55,491 nt of DNA from contig JBGTIL010000002.1 in assembly GCA_041745695.1 (NCBI GenBank), positions 1 to 55,491 of the forward strand, in the 5' to 3' direction. Position 1 is the stretch's first letter; each line of letters opens with the position of its first letter. The position numbers and the translations under genes are program-made. The notes under the pieces are model-generated. The model searched no databases. It was not told the DNA's origin and worked only from the letters and a program-made list of their open reading frames with translations. This stretch comes from Chitinophagaceae bacterium. Lineage in GTDB: Bacteria; Bacteroidota; Bacteroidia; Chitinophagales; Chitinophagaceae. Shown here piece by piece: positions 18,109 through 27,386 of this stretch.

Positions 18109-19311
18109 TTACGACCTTAATTGAATTGTATCAGTAACGGTCAGTACAAAAGGTGCTCTTGTCACATAGTATGTGAAGCCTGCAACCGTGAAGGCAGCCC
18201 TTACCACGGCATCGCCGACTGTTCCGTTGTTGTTGATGTTATGATACCAGGTAATTTTTGCAGATTCAGCTGCGGGAACTTTCACAACCCAATACTTGTC
18301 TGCCGCTGCGGCTGGCAGGCTGAACACGATATTTGCGTTACGCTGAATATTGATCGTTTGCGGACTGCCGACAGCAGGCGCGGTCGTGTCGTTGACATAA
18401 GGATCAGCAAGCTGATATCCGTACACCACCGCTACAAGAGCCGGATTGACGGTGATCTGAACATCATCGGTACCCGTTGCTCCGTCATTGTCTGTCGCTG
18501 TAAGTCTGAAAACATATGTACCTTCAACAAGTCCCGAAACGGCCGTGCCTGCCGCATTCGGTGTTGCGAAAGTTGAACCTGCAGGACCTGAAACTTTGCT
18601 CCATAAGTAGGTTGCGATCGTGCCATCGTCTGTTGCAGAACCAACAAGGTTCACATTGTTTGTAGGAAGGGTGATCGCCTGATCAGCACCTGCATTAACC
18701 ACCGGATCGACATTGATATTATTCAGATAAGAGCACTTGAATATTGTGTTGACAAGCGTTGCCGCGGCATGGTAGGATGGAAGGTTGTTGCTTACTACAA
18801 CAGCTGACACGTTCCAGGTTACCTCCGATTCGATGTCATCCTCGACAGGATCAGAGGCCGTAATGATAGCAGGCTTATCGAATATCCGTAGCTGTGAGCT
18901 GGTGCGGAAAAAAGGAATCAGTTCTGACTGTCCGCCAAGCCCGTTATAATGCGGGTAATTTGAGACCAGATTGGGATCCTTGAAATTAAGCGTCATCGTC
19001 CGGGGCCCATACGATTTAGCCCTGTCGCCATATCCCGGAAGCTCCTTCGCCGTTCCCGGATCATAATTGCCGGCCGTCTCCGGTATAACAATTATTTTCC
19101 CGGTTTTGATCCCGGTAACCCAATTCGCATTGAGCAGGGGATTAACCATCAGCGTTGCGATATAGTCCGAAAATATGAAACCTGCTGACCTGACGCGGCC
19201 AAATTCGCGATCGTTAGGATCAGGGCACGGATCACAAATATGGGCGGCTAATTCTTCTGAGCATTCGCCGGAAAAAATGGGAGAGCGGAACAATCTTATG
19301 AACTCTTTCAT
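18109..19311 (-). CDS. Probable major tail (tube) protein with C-terminal PKD/Ig domain
   Basis: Position after neck genes; PVVNAGADQAITLP...GTYVFRLTATD PKD domain. Confidence 0.6.
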   Translation of the reverse strand: MKEFIRLFRSPIFSGECSEELAAHICDPCPDPNDREFGRVRSAGFIFSDYIATLMVNPLLNANWVTGIKTGKIIVIPETAGNYDPGTAKELPGYGDRAKSYGPRTMTLNFKDPNLVSNYPHYNGLGGQSELIPFFRTSSQLRIFDKPAIITASDPVEDDIESEVTWNVSAVVVSNNLPSYHAAATLVNTIFKCSYLNNINVDPVVNAGADQAITLPTNNVNLVGSATDDGTIATYLWSKVSGPAGSTFATPNAAGTAVSGLVEGTYVFRLTATDNDGATGTDDVQITVNPALVAVVYGYQLADPYVNDTTAPAVGSPQTINIQRNANIVFSLPAAAADKYWVVKVPAAESAKITWYHNINNNGTVGDAVVRAAFTVAGFTYYVTRAPFVLTVTDTIQLRS

Positions 19312-19338
19312 CTTGAAAAAAATTAATTAATGAACTTT

Positions 19339-19938
19339 TTAATTGCATGTGCACGCATCAACGCACCGTCTGTCGAAAACTTTTTTTATCTGGTAGCGAA
19401 TTGAAAAAAATATATGTTCAGGAGCCAAATTGAATTTTACGTTTTGATACTCGGATCTGAAATTCCGGAGCTTGTCCATATCACTACTGAGCACTGTTAT
19501 AGCAGCTGATTTAATTTTGAGTTCTTCCATCAAAAGCCCCGATAATCTGCCCGGCATTCCGAATACAAAAAAGGGTTCAAGCGATTCCGCAGACATTCTA
19601 ATTTTGTCCGATTGAGCAAAAACAAAGAGTTGCATTTCGCTCGTCGATACGATATCATATTCATCACCATACGAATCTTTTTTCTGTACGCTGTACTGGT
19701 TACCGACAATCTTATGATATACCATCAGGCTGAACAGGTCATCAGGCGTCGCATCCTCGATCTCGCCATCTATGCCTGTTACACCCGGGGCAATCAGCGG
19801 CCGCTCCGGTTCATCAGTCTGAAACTGAATAGCACTTGCAACGCCGAAAAATTTAGCCGGCTGAAAATCTTTCCGGTTCAGCATGCCCTGTTTCAAATGA
19901 TCATTGATGAATTCTACTATCGTATTCGTGAACGGCAT
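19339..19938 (-). CDS. Putative tail-completion/terminator protein
   Basis: Synteny and size only. Confidence 0.45.
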   Translation of the reverse strand: MPFTNTIVEFINDHLKQGMLNRKDFQPAKFFGVASAIQFQTDEPERPLIAPGVTGIDGEIEDATPDDLFSLMVYHKIVGNQYSVQKKDSYGDEYDIVSTSEMQLFVFAQSDKIRMSAESLEPFFVFGMPGRLSGLLMEELKIKSAAITVLSSDMDKLRNFRSEYQNVKFNLAPEHIFFSIRYQIKKVFDRRCVDACTCN

Positions 19939-20489
19939 TAACTTTTTAGGTTTTCGCTGATGAAGGCCTCTGCTATTTTGATAGCCAGCTGCTTTTCAGC
20001 TAATGTCAACCCCCAGATCCTTTTTTTGTAAGTCTTTTCATTGTACTGGCTTTTGCGAAAGTTTTCCGGATTCTTGAAACCTATACCGTATCCTTTTCCT
20101 GATGGCACAATGGAGAGATCGTTTTCCATTTGCCTGGTTAAGGAGAGGATGACTTTTGAATCAGCAGTCCTGCTGTACTTCATCCGTGCCTGACCTTTTC
20201 TGCTTCCCCTTGTCGCTACCCCCGCGTCCTTATTTTGTCCCTTCTTTGCCCCTCTCGTTACTTTTTTCGAGTTGCTGTAATTGCCCGTTCTTAATGCCAT
20301 GTACCCCGGTGAGTAAGTTCCAATCTGGCCTCCGTCGGTCGCCTGTCCCAGTATATGCACCCTCTTTTTCAGCTCCGGAAGAACACCGCTCGCGACATTA
20401 CGCAGCATCTGATCAGGATTTTGCAAGTCTGAAAACTGCTTCACTTTCAGCTTCACAACCTGGCTGATATTTGACTGATACTGCATCAT
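19938..20489 (-). CDS. Putative neck/virion morphogenesis protein
   Basis: Basic protein in the head-tail cluster; ATG at 20489 overlaps the upstream stop. Confidence 0.5.
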   Translation of the reverse strand: MMQYQSNISQVVKLKVKQFSDLQNPDQMLRNVASGVLPELKKRVHILGQATDGGQIGTYSPGYMALRTGNYSNSKKVTRGAKKGQNKDAGVATRGSRKGQARMKYSRTADSKVILSLTRQMENDLSIVPSGKGYGIGFKNPENFRKSQYNEKTYKKRIWGLTLAEKQLAIKIAEAFISENLKS

Positions 20490-21046
20490 AGACAAGCCTC
20501 CACAAAATCTATGTGACTGCCGTTGCAGGGCAAACATTCGTCATCTGGTATACAATCGCTACCGGCTACGTCAATGGAATTCACTGCATCATCAAACGCT
20601 GTCTGGTACTCGGTATAGAAATCAGCTTTCAGCTTTTCGGCCTTCTGCAGATCAATCGTCGTATAACGGTTAAGCCTGTCCGTTGATGTTCTTTCGATCA
20701 TGAGCTCCGTTCCCAGCAGGTACCAGAGAGCGACAGAAAAAAGCTCTTTATTCGAGCATGCAAGGCAGTTCAAAACCGTCTTGTCGTTGAGGCTGTGGCC
20801 GGCGAAAATCCTTGCCTTGAAAGCAATCCCGAATTTCAAGAGAGCACGCCGCTGAATATCAGCCCACACGCCGAGGTAATTTTGCTGCTCTTCGTCCGCG
20901 AGTTTTTCAATGCTCTTCAGACTCACGCCGGGAAGCTGGTTGATATAGAGACCTGAAAAAACGTCGGATAACGTTTCCCCTGGAGGAGCCAGCGGAACCG
21001 GAGCTCCGCAACCCTGAATCCCGATATAATCTTTCAGACAATCCAC
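20486..21046 (-). CDS. Putative head-tail adaptor
   Basis: Helical protein directly after the capsid gene; Cys-rich termini. Confidence 0.5.
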   Translation of the reverse strand: MDCLKDYIGIQGCGAPVPLAPPGETLSDVFSGLYINQLPGVSLKSIEKLADEEQQNYLGVWADIQRRALLKFGIAFKARIFAGHSLNDKTVLNCLACSNKELFSVALWYLLGTELMIERTSTDRLNRYTTIDLQKAEKLKADFYTEYQTAFDDAVNSIDVAGSDCIPDDECLPCNGSHIDFVEACL

Positions 21047-21058
21047 GACTGTTCTTTT

Positions 21059-22168
21059 TTAAGCGTTCGTAGCTGCGTACCTGAATGTTCCGTTTACTCC
21101 CGTCAGTGGATCCGCTGCGTCGTATGCATCGGCCGGAATATTCACCTGCTGGTATGAGGCCATCAGATCGAACACCACTCCACGGCCAACTGCCTGGGGA
21201 AGCGCTCCGCCGATAATCATATCAGGGGTAGGACAATCAATCTCCCGGGCCTGGAAGTCAAACTCGAAGTCACTCAGGCCCGTGCCACCGAAGCTGTCCC
21301 GTACCGGCCAGCGCATAGTGCCGAACTGGCTTGTGCCAAAGCGGCCCGATTTCGCGGCGCCACGGAAGCGACAGATATTGATGAACTGAACAGCGTCACG
21401 CTCGAATAGCCCGAACTGGTTAACACCCCATTTCACTTGAGCCCGTGGATCGTAGTAGAAGCGTGGAATCGTTGGCGTTACAGCCGGCTTGTACGTTTGC
21501 TGCAGATAGAAATTGTTGATAAGGCCTGACCCAACGAAAGCGGCGCCATCCAGCGACGGCATGATCTCATTTGCCATTGCGTCAGCCATCAGCATTGTGA
21601 AGCCTTCCGCGAGATTATTAGTGGTTGTCGACAAAGGAAAATTCAGCGTCTTAGCTGTATTTAATCCACTCACGGCGTTCTTGCCGAATGCGGCAGCCTG
21701 AACGGAGAGAAGATCATCGTTGATGTCGCCGAGGATACCGTTAAGTGCAGTCTGAAAGTCGTCGATCACGATTTGCATTATCCTTGTAGGAGGCGTGCTG
21801 TTAGGTGCATTGACCATTGCCAGCGCGTCTTCGGCAAACTTCTCAATAACCTTCCACTCAAAAAATAGGGCGTACTTCCGAAATAGTGTGGAAGGGAGAG
21901 TCATTTCGAAACGGCCGGGCCTGTCCTGGATCGAACAGTCGTCCGTAGTGACTGTTTTTCCAAGCCCCATTCTTTTCCTGAACCTGATTTTCACGTCCCG
22001 GATATAACCTGAACGGTCGTCAATTGTATTAGAGAGAACATCCGGTTTATTGTTGTGCAAAAGGTAATCGAGGTACCCGCGCGGTGTTAATCTTGTTTCA
22101 GGATTAGCCGAGCGAAATACTTGCTGCATGGTAAGGTATACTGGCAAAGCCAGCCCGTAACTGGGCAT
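21059..22168 (-). CDS. Major capsid protein (probable)
   Basis: 369 aa, directly downstream of a scaffold-like gene; call rests on synteny. Confidence 0.7.
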   Translation of the reverse strand: MPSYGLALPVYLTMQQVFRSANPETRLTPRGYLDYLLHNNKPDVLSNTIDDRSGYIRDVKIRFRKRMGLGKTVTTDDCSIQDRPGRFEMTLPSTLFRKYALFFEWKVIEKFAEDALAMVNAPNSTPPTRIMQIVIDDFQTALNGILGDINDDLLSVQAAAFGKNAVSGLNTAKTLNFPLSTTTNNLAEGFTMLMADAMANEIMPSLDGAAFVGSGLINNFYLQQTYKPAVTPTIPRFYYDPRAQVKWGVNQFGLFERDAVQFINICRFRGAAKSGRFGTSQFGTMRWPVRDSFGGTGLSDFEFDFQAREIDCPTPDMIIGGALPQAVGRGVVFDLMASYQQVNIPADAYDAADPLTGVNGTFRYAATNA

Positions 22169-22223
22169 AATGAATGCTTTAGAATTTGAAGAAAAAATTG
22201 ATTGCCCCCTTTCCTGTCAGTCC

Positions 22224-23111
22224 TTAGTTTTTCACTAAGTCCTTGATTGTGGAATCTAATTCGGAAAGAAACTGCGTGTTAAGTTGTGGCGCAGCTACAT
22301 TGCCGTTAGGTCCGGGAATGATTGTAGGAGGCGTTTGAGAATTGTTACTCTGCGAAGAGTCAGAATTTTTGAGCAGGCCGTTATTTGCCAGGGCTCCGTC
22401 TATGAAGGAAGGTAATTCGAGAAGAGTGTTTTTGTCGTCGTACGCGTCCGTGCCGTCAGCTTTGATGAGCTTCACGCCGGATTCTGTTTTGACAACCTTT
22501 AAGTTTTTTTGAGCGATTGCATCCTGGATCACCAGCAGGGCAGTTTTGAGTTTCTGCTTTGCCGGCATGCTGTCAGGGAGTGCGTATTGCTTCGCTCCGA
22601 GCATAGAAATTAATTCGTAATTGATGTAGTCACCATCACGCTGATCGTTAACTTTTTTCAGTTCAATATCGTGGGCATCCTTGATGGATTTGAGCTGCTT
22701 ATTGAGGTCTGCAACCTGAACCTTCAGGGCCTCTTCTGTGACATTGTCGCCTGATTTCTTAGCGGCTTTTTTTGCCTTGTTAAGAGAATCGATTGTTTTG
22801 CGAATACGGGCGCGGGTATCTTTTTCGCCCTTGATCTCATCTTTCACGCTATCCTCCACATCGAGATCGGTGATGATCGTACTCAGGTAGGAGTCTTCGC
22901 CGTTAAGCACTTCTGCCTGAATCCGCCCACGGACATCTTTGTGGTTGATCGCAGCGTCAACGGTCATGAGTGATGATTCCAATTGATCTGCAAATTCCTG
23001 CGGAACATCGATATCCTTTGACGCTTCCAAAACCGCGACGAATTCCGGTTTTTTCAGGTCAAGCTTCCCCTTTGTTCCAAGGGATTTGAGGAGATCGATC
23101 AGCTTCGGCAT
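22224..23111 (-). CDS. Capsid scaffolding protein (probable)
   Basis: Charged coiled coil with low-complexity C-terminal tail, upstream of the capsid gene. Confidence 0.65.
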   Translation of the reverse strand: MPKLIDLLKSLGTKGKLDLKKPEFVAVLEASKDIDVPQEFADQLESSLMTVDAAINHKDVRGRIQAEVLNGEDSYLSTIITDLDVEDSVKDEIKGEKDTRARIRKTIDSLNKAKKAAKKSGDNVTEEALKVQVADLNKQLKSIKDAHDIELKKVNDQRDGDYINYELISMLGAKQYALPDSMPAKQKLKTALLVIQDAIAQKNLKVVKTESGVKLIKADGTDAYDDKNTLLELPSFIDGALANNGLLKNSDSSQSNNSQTPPTIIPGPNGNVAAPQLNTQFLSELDSTIKDLVKN

Positions 23112-23130
23112 ATAAGAGAAAAATAATAGT

Positions 23131-23781
23131 TTACTTCGGTGCGCTCAGTTCAGTAATCTTTTTTGCTGCGGCGTCCTGAACGGTTTTGCGCATGTCGTCT
23201 TTTGCAAGACTGTTAACTTCATCAGCCGTCTTAGCCTCCCTGATTGAAGCAATTACCTCCTCCGCTGTCTTGGCAGGCTTCTCTGTTAACGTTGATGCAG
23301 CAGTGCTTTGCTGACCCGCAGCAGCTTCAGCGGCAGCAATCTCCTTCAGCTTCTTATTGAAACCATCGGTCGATCCGGGCTCTCCTGTCAGGGGAGTTTC
23401 AGCAACGTAAGGCCTGCTTGCAGACGCGGGATCAGCGATCGATCCGTTGTTGCCAAATTCCCCTGCGGGTGGCTTGGAAGCCAATTGGCGTTGCAGGTGA
23501 TCGATTTCAGTAGCCATTGACTGCTGTTTTTCCGCAGCTTGTTTCAATCTCTCGATCTCTTTCTCCAGTTCCGATACGCGGCTCTGTGCTTCAGTACCCG
23601 TCACATACTTTTCATCAAAGAATGGAAGATTTTCAGCTTCCTTTTCATCTATTTCTTCCAGCTTCATCTGGGGCCCGCCGGCAAAGATTCTGTTGTTCAG
23701 ATGCAGATAGAAATCCTTGTTTGCGATCGGCACAACGTGAACCGTTTTATCGGGTTTTGTGACTTTGAGGACTTTTGCCAT
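23131..23781 (-). CDS. Head-module hypothetical protein
   Basis: Coiled coil, Ala/Pro linker and small C-terminal helical domain (DMRKTVQDAA). Confidence 0.6.
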   Translation of the reverse strand: MAKVLKVTKPDKTVHVVPIANKDFYLHLNNRIFAGGPQMKLEEIDEKEAENLPFFDEKYVTGTEAQSRVSELEKEIERLKQAAEKQQSMATEIDHLQRQLASKPPAGEFGNNGSIADPASASRPYVAETPLTGEPGSTDGFNKKLKEIAAAEAAAGQQSTAASTLTEKPAKTAEEVIASIREAKTADEVNSLAKDDMRKTVQDAAAKKITELSAPK

Positions 23782-23875
23782 GAGGGATTGATTGATTCGA
23801 GCGTAAATGTAATACTAAGGATGTATTTTTAATATTCACGATTAAAATTCACGTAAATTCGCTAAACGAAATAAA

Positions 23876-24052
23876 ATGGCTATTCTCTTGAAAAATATAC
23901 CCGAAAAGGTCTCAAATCTCATTTATGATAAACAGCATGAGTTCACGAAGGCGAAAAAACGGCGGGTGAGTTTGGAGCAGACGGTTGCAATTCTTTTGGA
24001 AACGGCTTACATTACAGTCAAAAAAGATGGCGAAACAACAAAAGAAACCTAA
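23876..24052 (+). CDS. Small Arc/ribbon-helix-helix-like protein (58 aa, below the ORF-track cutoff)
   Basis: MAILLKNIPEKVSNLIYDKQ...RVSLEQTVAILLE; TAAATTCG promoter-like element at 23854-23861. Confidence 0.6.
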   Translation: MAILLKNIPEKVSNLIYDKQHEFTKAKKRRVSLEQTVAILLETAYITVKKDGETTKET

Positions 24053-24194
24053 GTACCAGGACCTCTCCGTCACATCTGTCGATCCTTTTGAGATAAAAAA
24101 AGAACTGGGTGCCGAGGAAAAGAAGCGGCGGATGAAGATTTTGGAAGAGGAGAATAAGAAAAAGGCAGAGGAGCAAAAAAATGATGAGTTATGA
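24027..24194 (+). CDS. Small charged hypothetical protein
   Basis: MAKQQKKPKY...; overlaps both neighbours. Confidence 0.5.
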   Translation: MAKQQKKPKYQDLSVTSVDPFEIKKELGAEEKKRRMKILEEENKKKAEEQKNDEL

Positions 24195-24292
24195 TGGAAT
24201 GGATTGTGATGCTTCTTGCAGTACTTAACATCAATACTATTCTTTTGATTGGAGCAGTTAACAAAAACAGGAGAAATGATAAGAGCAAATGA
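24191..24292 (+). CDS. 33-aa single-TM peptide
   Basis: MMEWIVMLLAVLNINTILLIGAVNKNRRNDKSK; ATGA overlap with the previous stop. Confidence 0.5.
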   Translation: MMEWIVMLLAVLNINTILLIGAVNKNRRNDKSK

Positions 24293-24304
24293 AGCTATAG
24301 AAAC

Positions 24305-25201
24305 TTATATTCTCAAAAGCAGGTCGTTTTTGATCTTCTCGGGAACAGCCGAGTTTGGCACAGCGAAAAACTGATGTCCACACGAATAGCCTCCCCGATA
24401 CACTGAAAAATTACTCTCGTTAGTTTCCGGGATCATGCCATAAGGAAGCCCCGTTTTCTTGTAGATGGCACACTGATGGCCGTCAATCTTTCCCTTAATG
24501 ATCGCCGCAAGCTCTGACTTATGAACCCATTCTTTTTTGGTCAACTCCTCACAAAATTCGCGGGTAGTGGTGAGGTTGCTGCCGATATACCGGTACCATT
24601 CCAGACCGAGATCTTCAGAGACAGTTTTGTTGTAGTTAGCGCTGTACTGGTTTAGTGAATCGGTAGTGATCTGCTTTGTGTACCTTTCCAAGCTTCCGAG
24701 GTCTTTTCCATCTGAAACCATCCGCTTGCGGAGGGCTTCAAGAAGGTCGGGGAAGTTGCCACCAGTTGTAATGTTTGTGCGTAGAAGTTCATTCACCGGC
24801 TCCAGAACATTTGCATTGATGCCCGCTTCTGTAAGCGAATTAAGGGTTGAATCGACGGACAACTCCTGAATGATTTTGAGCGTTTTTGATGGGCGGAATT
24901 TGTTATTGAACTCTTTGAAATACGATATCTGCAGGGCTGTTATCTGGTCAAAAGCCTGGACATAACCTGCGACATTCTTCAGATAATTTTCGTTAAGGAT
25001 GATCTTTTCGAGTTTGTTCCGGATGCTTCCAATCAGCTTCAGATTGCTAACATTAGAAAGGATGTTGTCACCTTTTGTCTCAAGCTTTTTCAGTTCTTTT
25101 ACAAGGTCGTTATACAGTTCTTTCTGAAGATCGGGGATCGCGCCGTTGAAGTCATCTACCGACAACTGAATGACCTTTAATATTTTTTCCGCGACGGTCA
25201 T
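24305..25201 (-). CDS. Minor head/head morphogenesis protein (SPP1 gp7/Mu gpF-like)
   Basis: WYRYIGS..TTTREFC and RGGYSCGH motifs; close to the portal gene. Confidence 0.72.
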   Translation of the reverse strand: MTVAEKILKVIQLSVDDFNGAIPDLQKELYNDLVKELKKLETKGDNILSNVSNLKLIGSIRNKLEKIILNENYLKNVAGYVQAFDQITALQISYFKEFNNKFRPSKTLKIIQELSVDSTLNSLTEAGINANVLEPVNELLRTNITTGGNFPDLLEALRKRMVSDGKDLGSLERYTKQITTDSLNQYSANYNKTVSEDLGLEWYRYIGSNLTTTREFCEELTKKEWVHKSELAAIIKGKIDGHQCAIYKKTGLPYGMIPETNESNFSVYRGGYSCGHQFFAVPNSAVPEKIKNDLLLRI

Positions 25202-25485
25202 TTATCGAAGTCATTCAAGAGCTTTTCAAATTCATCGATAGTCAAATAAACAAAGTAACTGTCGTTAGATTTTGTCTGAATAAACACATAGATCAAGTCT
25301 TCACTTGTCAGGCCTTCTTTCTTTTTGGAAGTAGGACGATAGCTCTCTATTTGCATAGGGAGAATTTTAACGTAAGAAGAAACTTTTTCATTTTCGTCTA
25401 CTTCTATGCCTATATTTTCCGCCTTTTCTATCTGTTCGGCGGAAACAATGCTGATTGGTAGTTTCAAAAATCGATCTGTGAACAT
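25198..25485 (-). CDS. Hypothetical protein (AT-rich)
   Basis: 95-aa ORF between portal and minor head gene; ATGA overlap. Confidence 0.6.
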   Translation of the reverse strand: MFTDRFLKLPISIVSAEQIEKAENIGIEVDENEKVSSYVKILPMQIESYRPTSKKKEGLTSEDLIYVFIQTKSNDSYFVYLTIDEFEKLLNDFDK

Positions 25486-25491
25486 TTACGT

Positions 25492-25537
25492 AATATTTTT
25501 TGAAGAAAGTTGTGAATATTTTTACGGGAAAGTTGTG
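25492..25537. repeat. Two tandem 23-bp units AATATTTTT-N4-GAAAGTTGTG
   Basis: Units at 25492-25514 and 25515-25537, 19/23 identical; they fill the intergenic gap. Confidence 0.8.
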
Positions 25538-25539
25538 TG

Positions 25540-27384
25540 TCATGCAGCCTCCTGCTCTTTTTGTTTCCCAGGAACATTTTGCGGATCAGGGTTAAGCGCT
25601 TTCATCACTGCTTCCTTGGCGGAATTCTCAGTCATCTTCTCCTTTGCAAACTTTTTCATTAGGGCCATTTGTTTCGTCCAGTCGGAAGAAAAGAAAGCCT
25701 GATCCTCCTTTATCGCACGTTTCACAAACTGCTCAATGTTGCTGCTGATAACGTAATCTTCCTGTGTAATACCCTTGTTGCTTAAGCGCATCATTTTTTC
25801 GTCGTCCGTAAGTCCCGGGAGTGGATTAAGTTCGTACACAGCGGCAAGCATATCAGCAACATCAGGCTTATTGTAAAATTTCTTCGCCGCGAAATCCTGT
25901 TCCATGGCCGCCACAAGGACCGGGTTTACCTTGCTTGTTTTGGCTTTGCTGATTTCATCAACCAGGTATTCGGACGGAAGCAGATCAAAATTTTCGGGAA
26001 TCGGAATTTCGGGGCGCAGTTCCTTTCGTTTGTTCCTGTCCGGTATCCTGACATAATATCTCCATTCACAGATCCAGCCGATCACCTTTTCAATTGACCA
26101 GATCATGTCTTCCGCGAATGAATAGACGAAGTTGTTCAGCTCCTCCCGGTCTACATTCTTAGCATCGCCACTGATGGAAAGCGGTGTCTGATCGAGGAAC
26201 TGAAAATTAACAGACGCAAGCGCGTCATGGAGATGGCTCTTAACCGACTCCTGCAGGAACTTCATAACCTCCACATCACGCTGAACATATCCAGCTGGCG
26301 GAACAGGAACATTTTGTTGACCGATAGCCGCGGGCTTAACGGCGAGCGAAACATAAGGCGAGAACTTAAGCTTGCCCGTACCTGCGCATTTTTTGCAAAC
26401 GGTCGTGCATGCGCGGGTGACCGGAGTGGCAAGCATGGGATTCGGGTTCGGAACAGTTTCGCTTCCTTGAACTTTTCCGGTAGCATTGCAGGCCCCACAA
26501 TCAGCCGATTGAATATACCAAAACAGTGGGTTTGCATGCTGCACCTTTACCCCCTGCAGGTCACTATATTCCCGGGCCGCTTCATCTAGAGAAGTGAGCA
26601 TCGGATCGAGTCTCGTGATCTGGATGTTCGAGTTATCTTTCTGCTGTTTGGAGACAGCTTTAATTTTAAAAACAGGTATCTCCCCAAACGGATTTGGGTA
26701 TTGAAGCGTCCGGAAGTCGCGGCCGGGGTTGGTCTGCTCGTAGCGCACAATGAAAGCAGTATTGATCAGGTAGAAAACATCTCCTTCGTTATAGGTTTTG
26801 TTGCCTGAACTATCTACAATATCCACCTTGTCCGTGCTTTTTAGAATGCAGTAATCGCCTTTGTCCGGGGGATAGAGCACCTGCTCTGAACCAAAGATGA
26901 TTGCAACCGGCTTGAAATATTCATTTTCATTAATAGCGAAAGATTGCGGCAGGACAGCGATATAGGCATTAGCGTCTACCCCTTGCGTTTTGATGAGCTC
27001 AGAAAACGCCCACTGCTCGATCGACCCGTAGTTCGGATACGCCTTTGTGCAGTATTCTTCCAGCGATTCAGACTCAACGATAGACCGGTCATTGTTCACA
27101 GGGAACTTGATCATCCAGTCTTTCGAACGCCGGATTTTGCCGAGCGAGTTAAGAACTTTCTGCGGAGGATTAGCGGTCTTGCTTTTGTAGATCTTCTTTC
27201 TATACTCATGAACATCTTCTGACTCTGAAGGCCGGCGCTCTTCCACGAGCAGCTTGGGATATTCTTTGTTCAGATGCGTCTGCATTGCATCAGCAAGCGT
27301 CTTACACTCATCATAATTTTTGTGTTTTTTGCCTCCGTTAAGATAATCCCGGAGCTCAGTGGGTGTTGGAAAAATTGCGGGCAT
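25540..27384 (-). CDS. Portal protein (probable) with inserted zinc finger
   Basis: 614 aa, upstream of head genes; SISGDAKNVDREELN (SG.A motif of SPP1-like portals); CGAC/CKKC insert. Confidence 0.72.
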   Translation of the reverse strand: MPAIFPTPTELRDYLNGGKKHKNYDECKTLADAMQTHLNKEYPKLLVEERRPSESEDVHEYRKKIYKSKTANPPQKVLNSLGKIRRSKDWMIKFPVNNDRSIVESESLEEYCTKAYPNYGSIEQWAFSELIKTQGVDANAYIAVLPQSFAINENEYFKPVAIIFGSEQVLYPPDKGDYCILKSTDKVDIVDSSGNKTYNEGDVFYLINTAFIVRYEQTNPGRDFRTLQYPNPFGEIPVFKIKAVSKQQKDNSNIQITRLDPMLTSLDEAAREYSDLQGVKVQHANPLFWYIQSADCGACNATGKVQGSETVPNPNPMLATPVTRACTTVCKKCAGTGKLKFSPYVSLAVKPAAIGQQNVPVPPAGYVQRDVEVMKFLQESVKSHLHDALASVNFQFLDQTPLSISGDAKNVDREELNNFVYSFAEDMIWSIEKVIGWICEWRYYVRIPDRNKRKELRPEIPIPENFDLLPSEYLVDEISKAKTSKVNPVLVAAMEQDFAAKKFYNKPDVADMLAAVYELNPLPGLTDDEKMMRLSNKGITQEDYVISSNIEQFVKRAIKEDQAFFSSDWTKQMALMKKFAKEKMTENSAKEAVMKALNPDPQNVPGKQKEQEAA

Positions 27385-27386
27385 GA

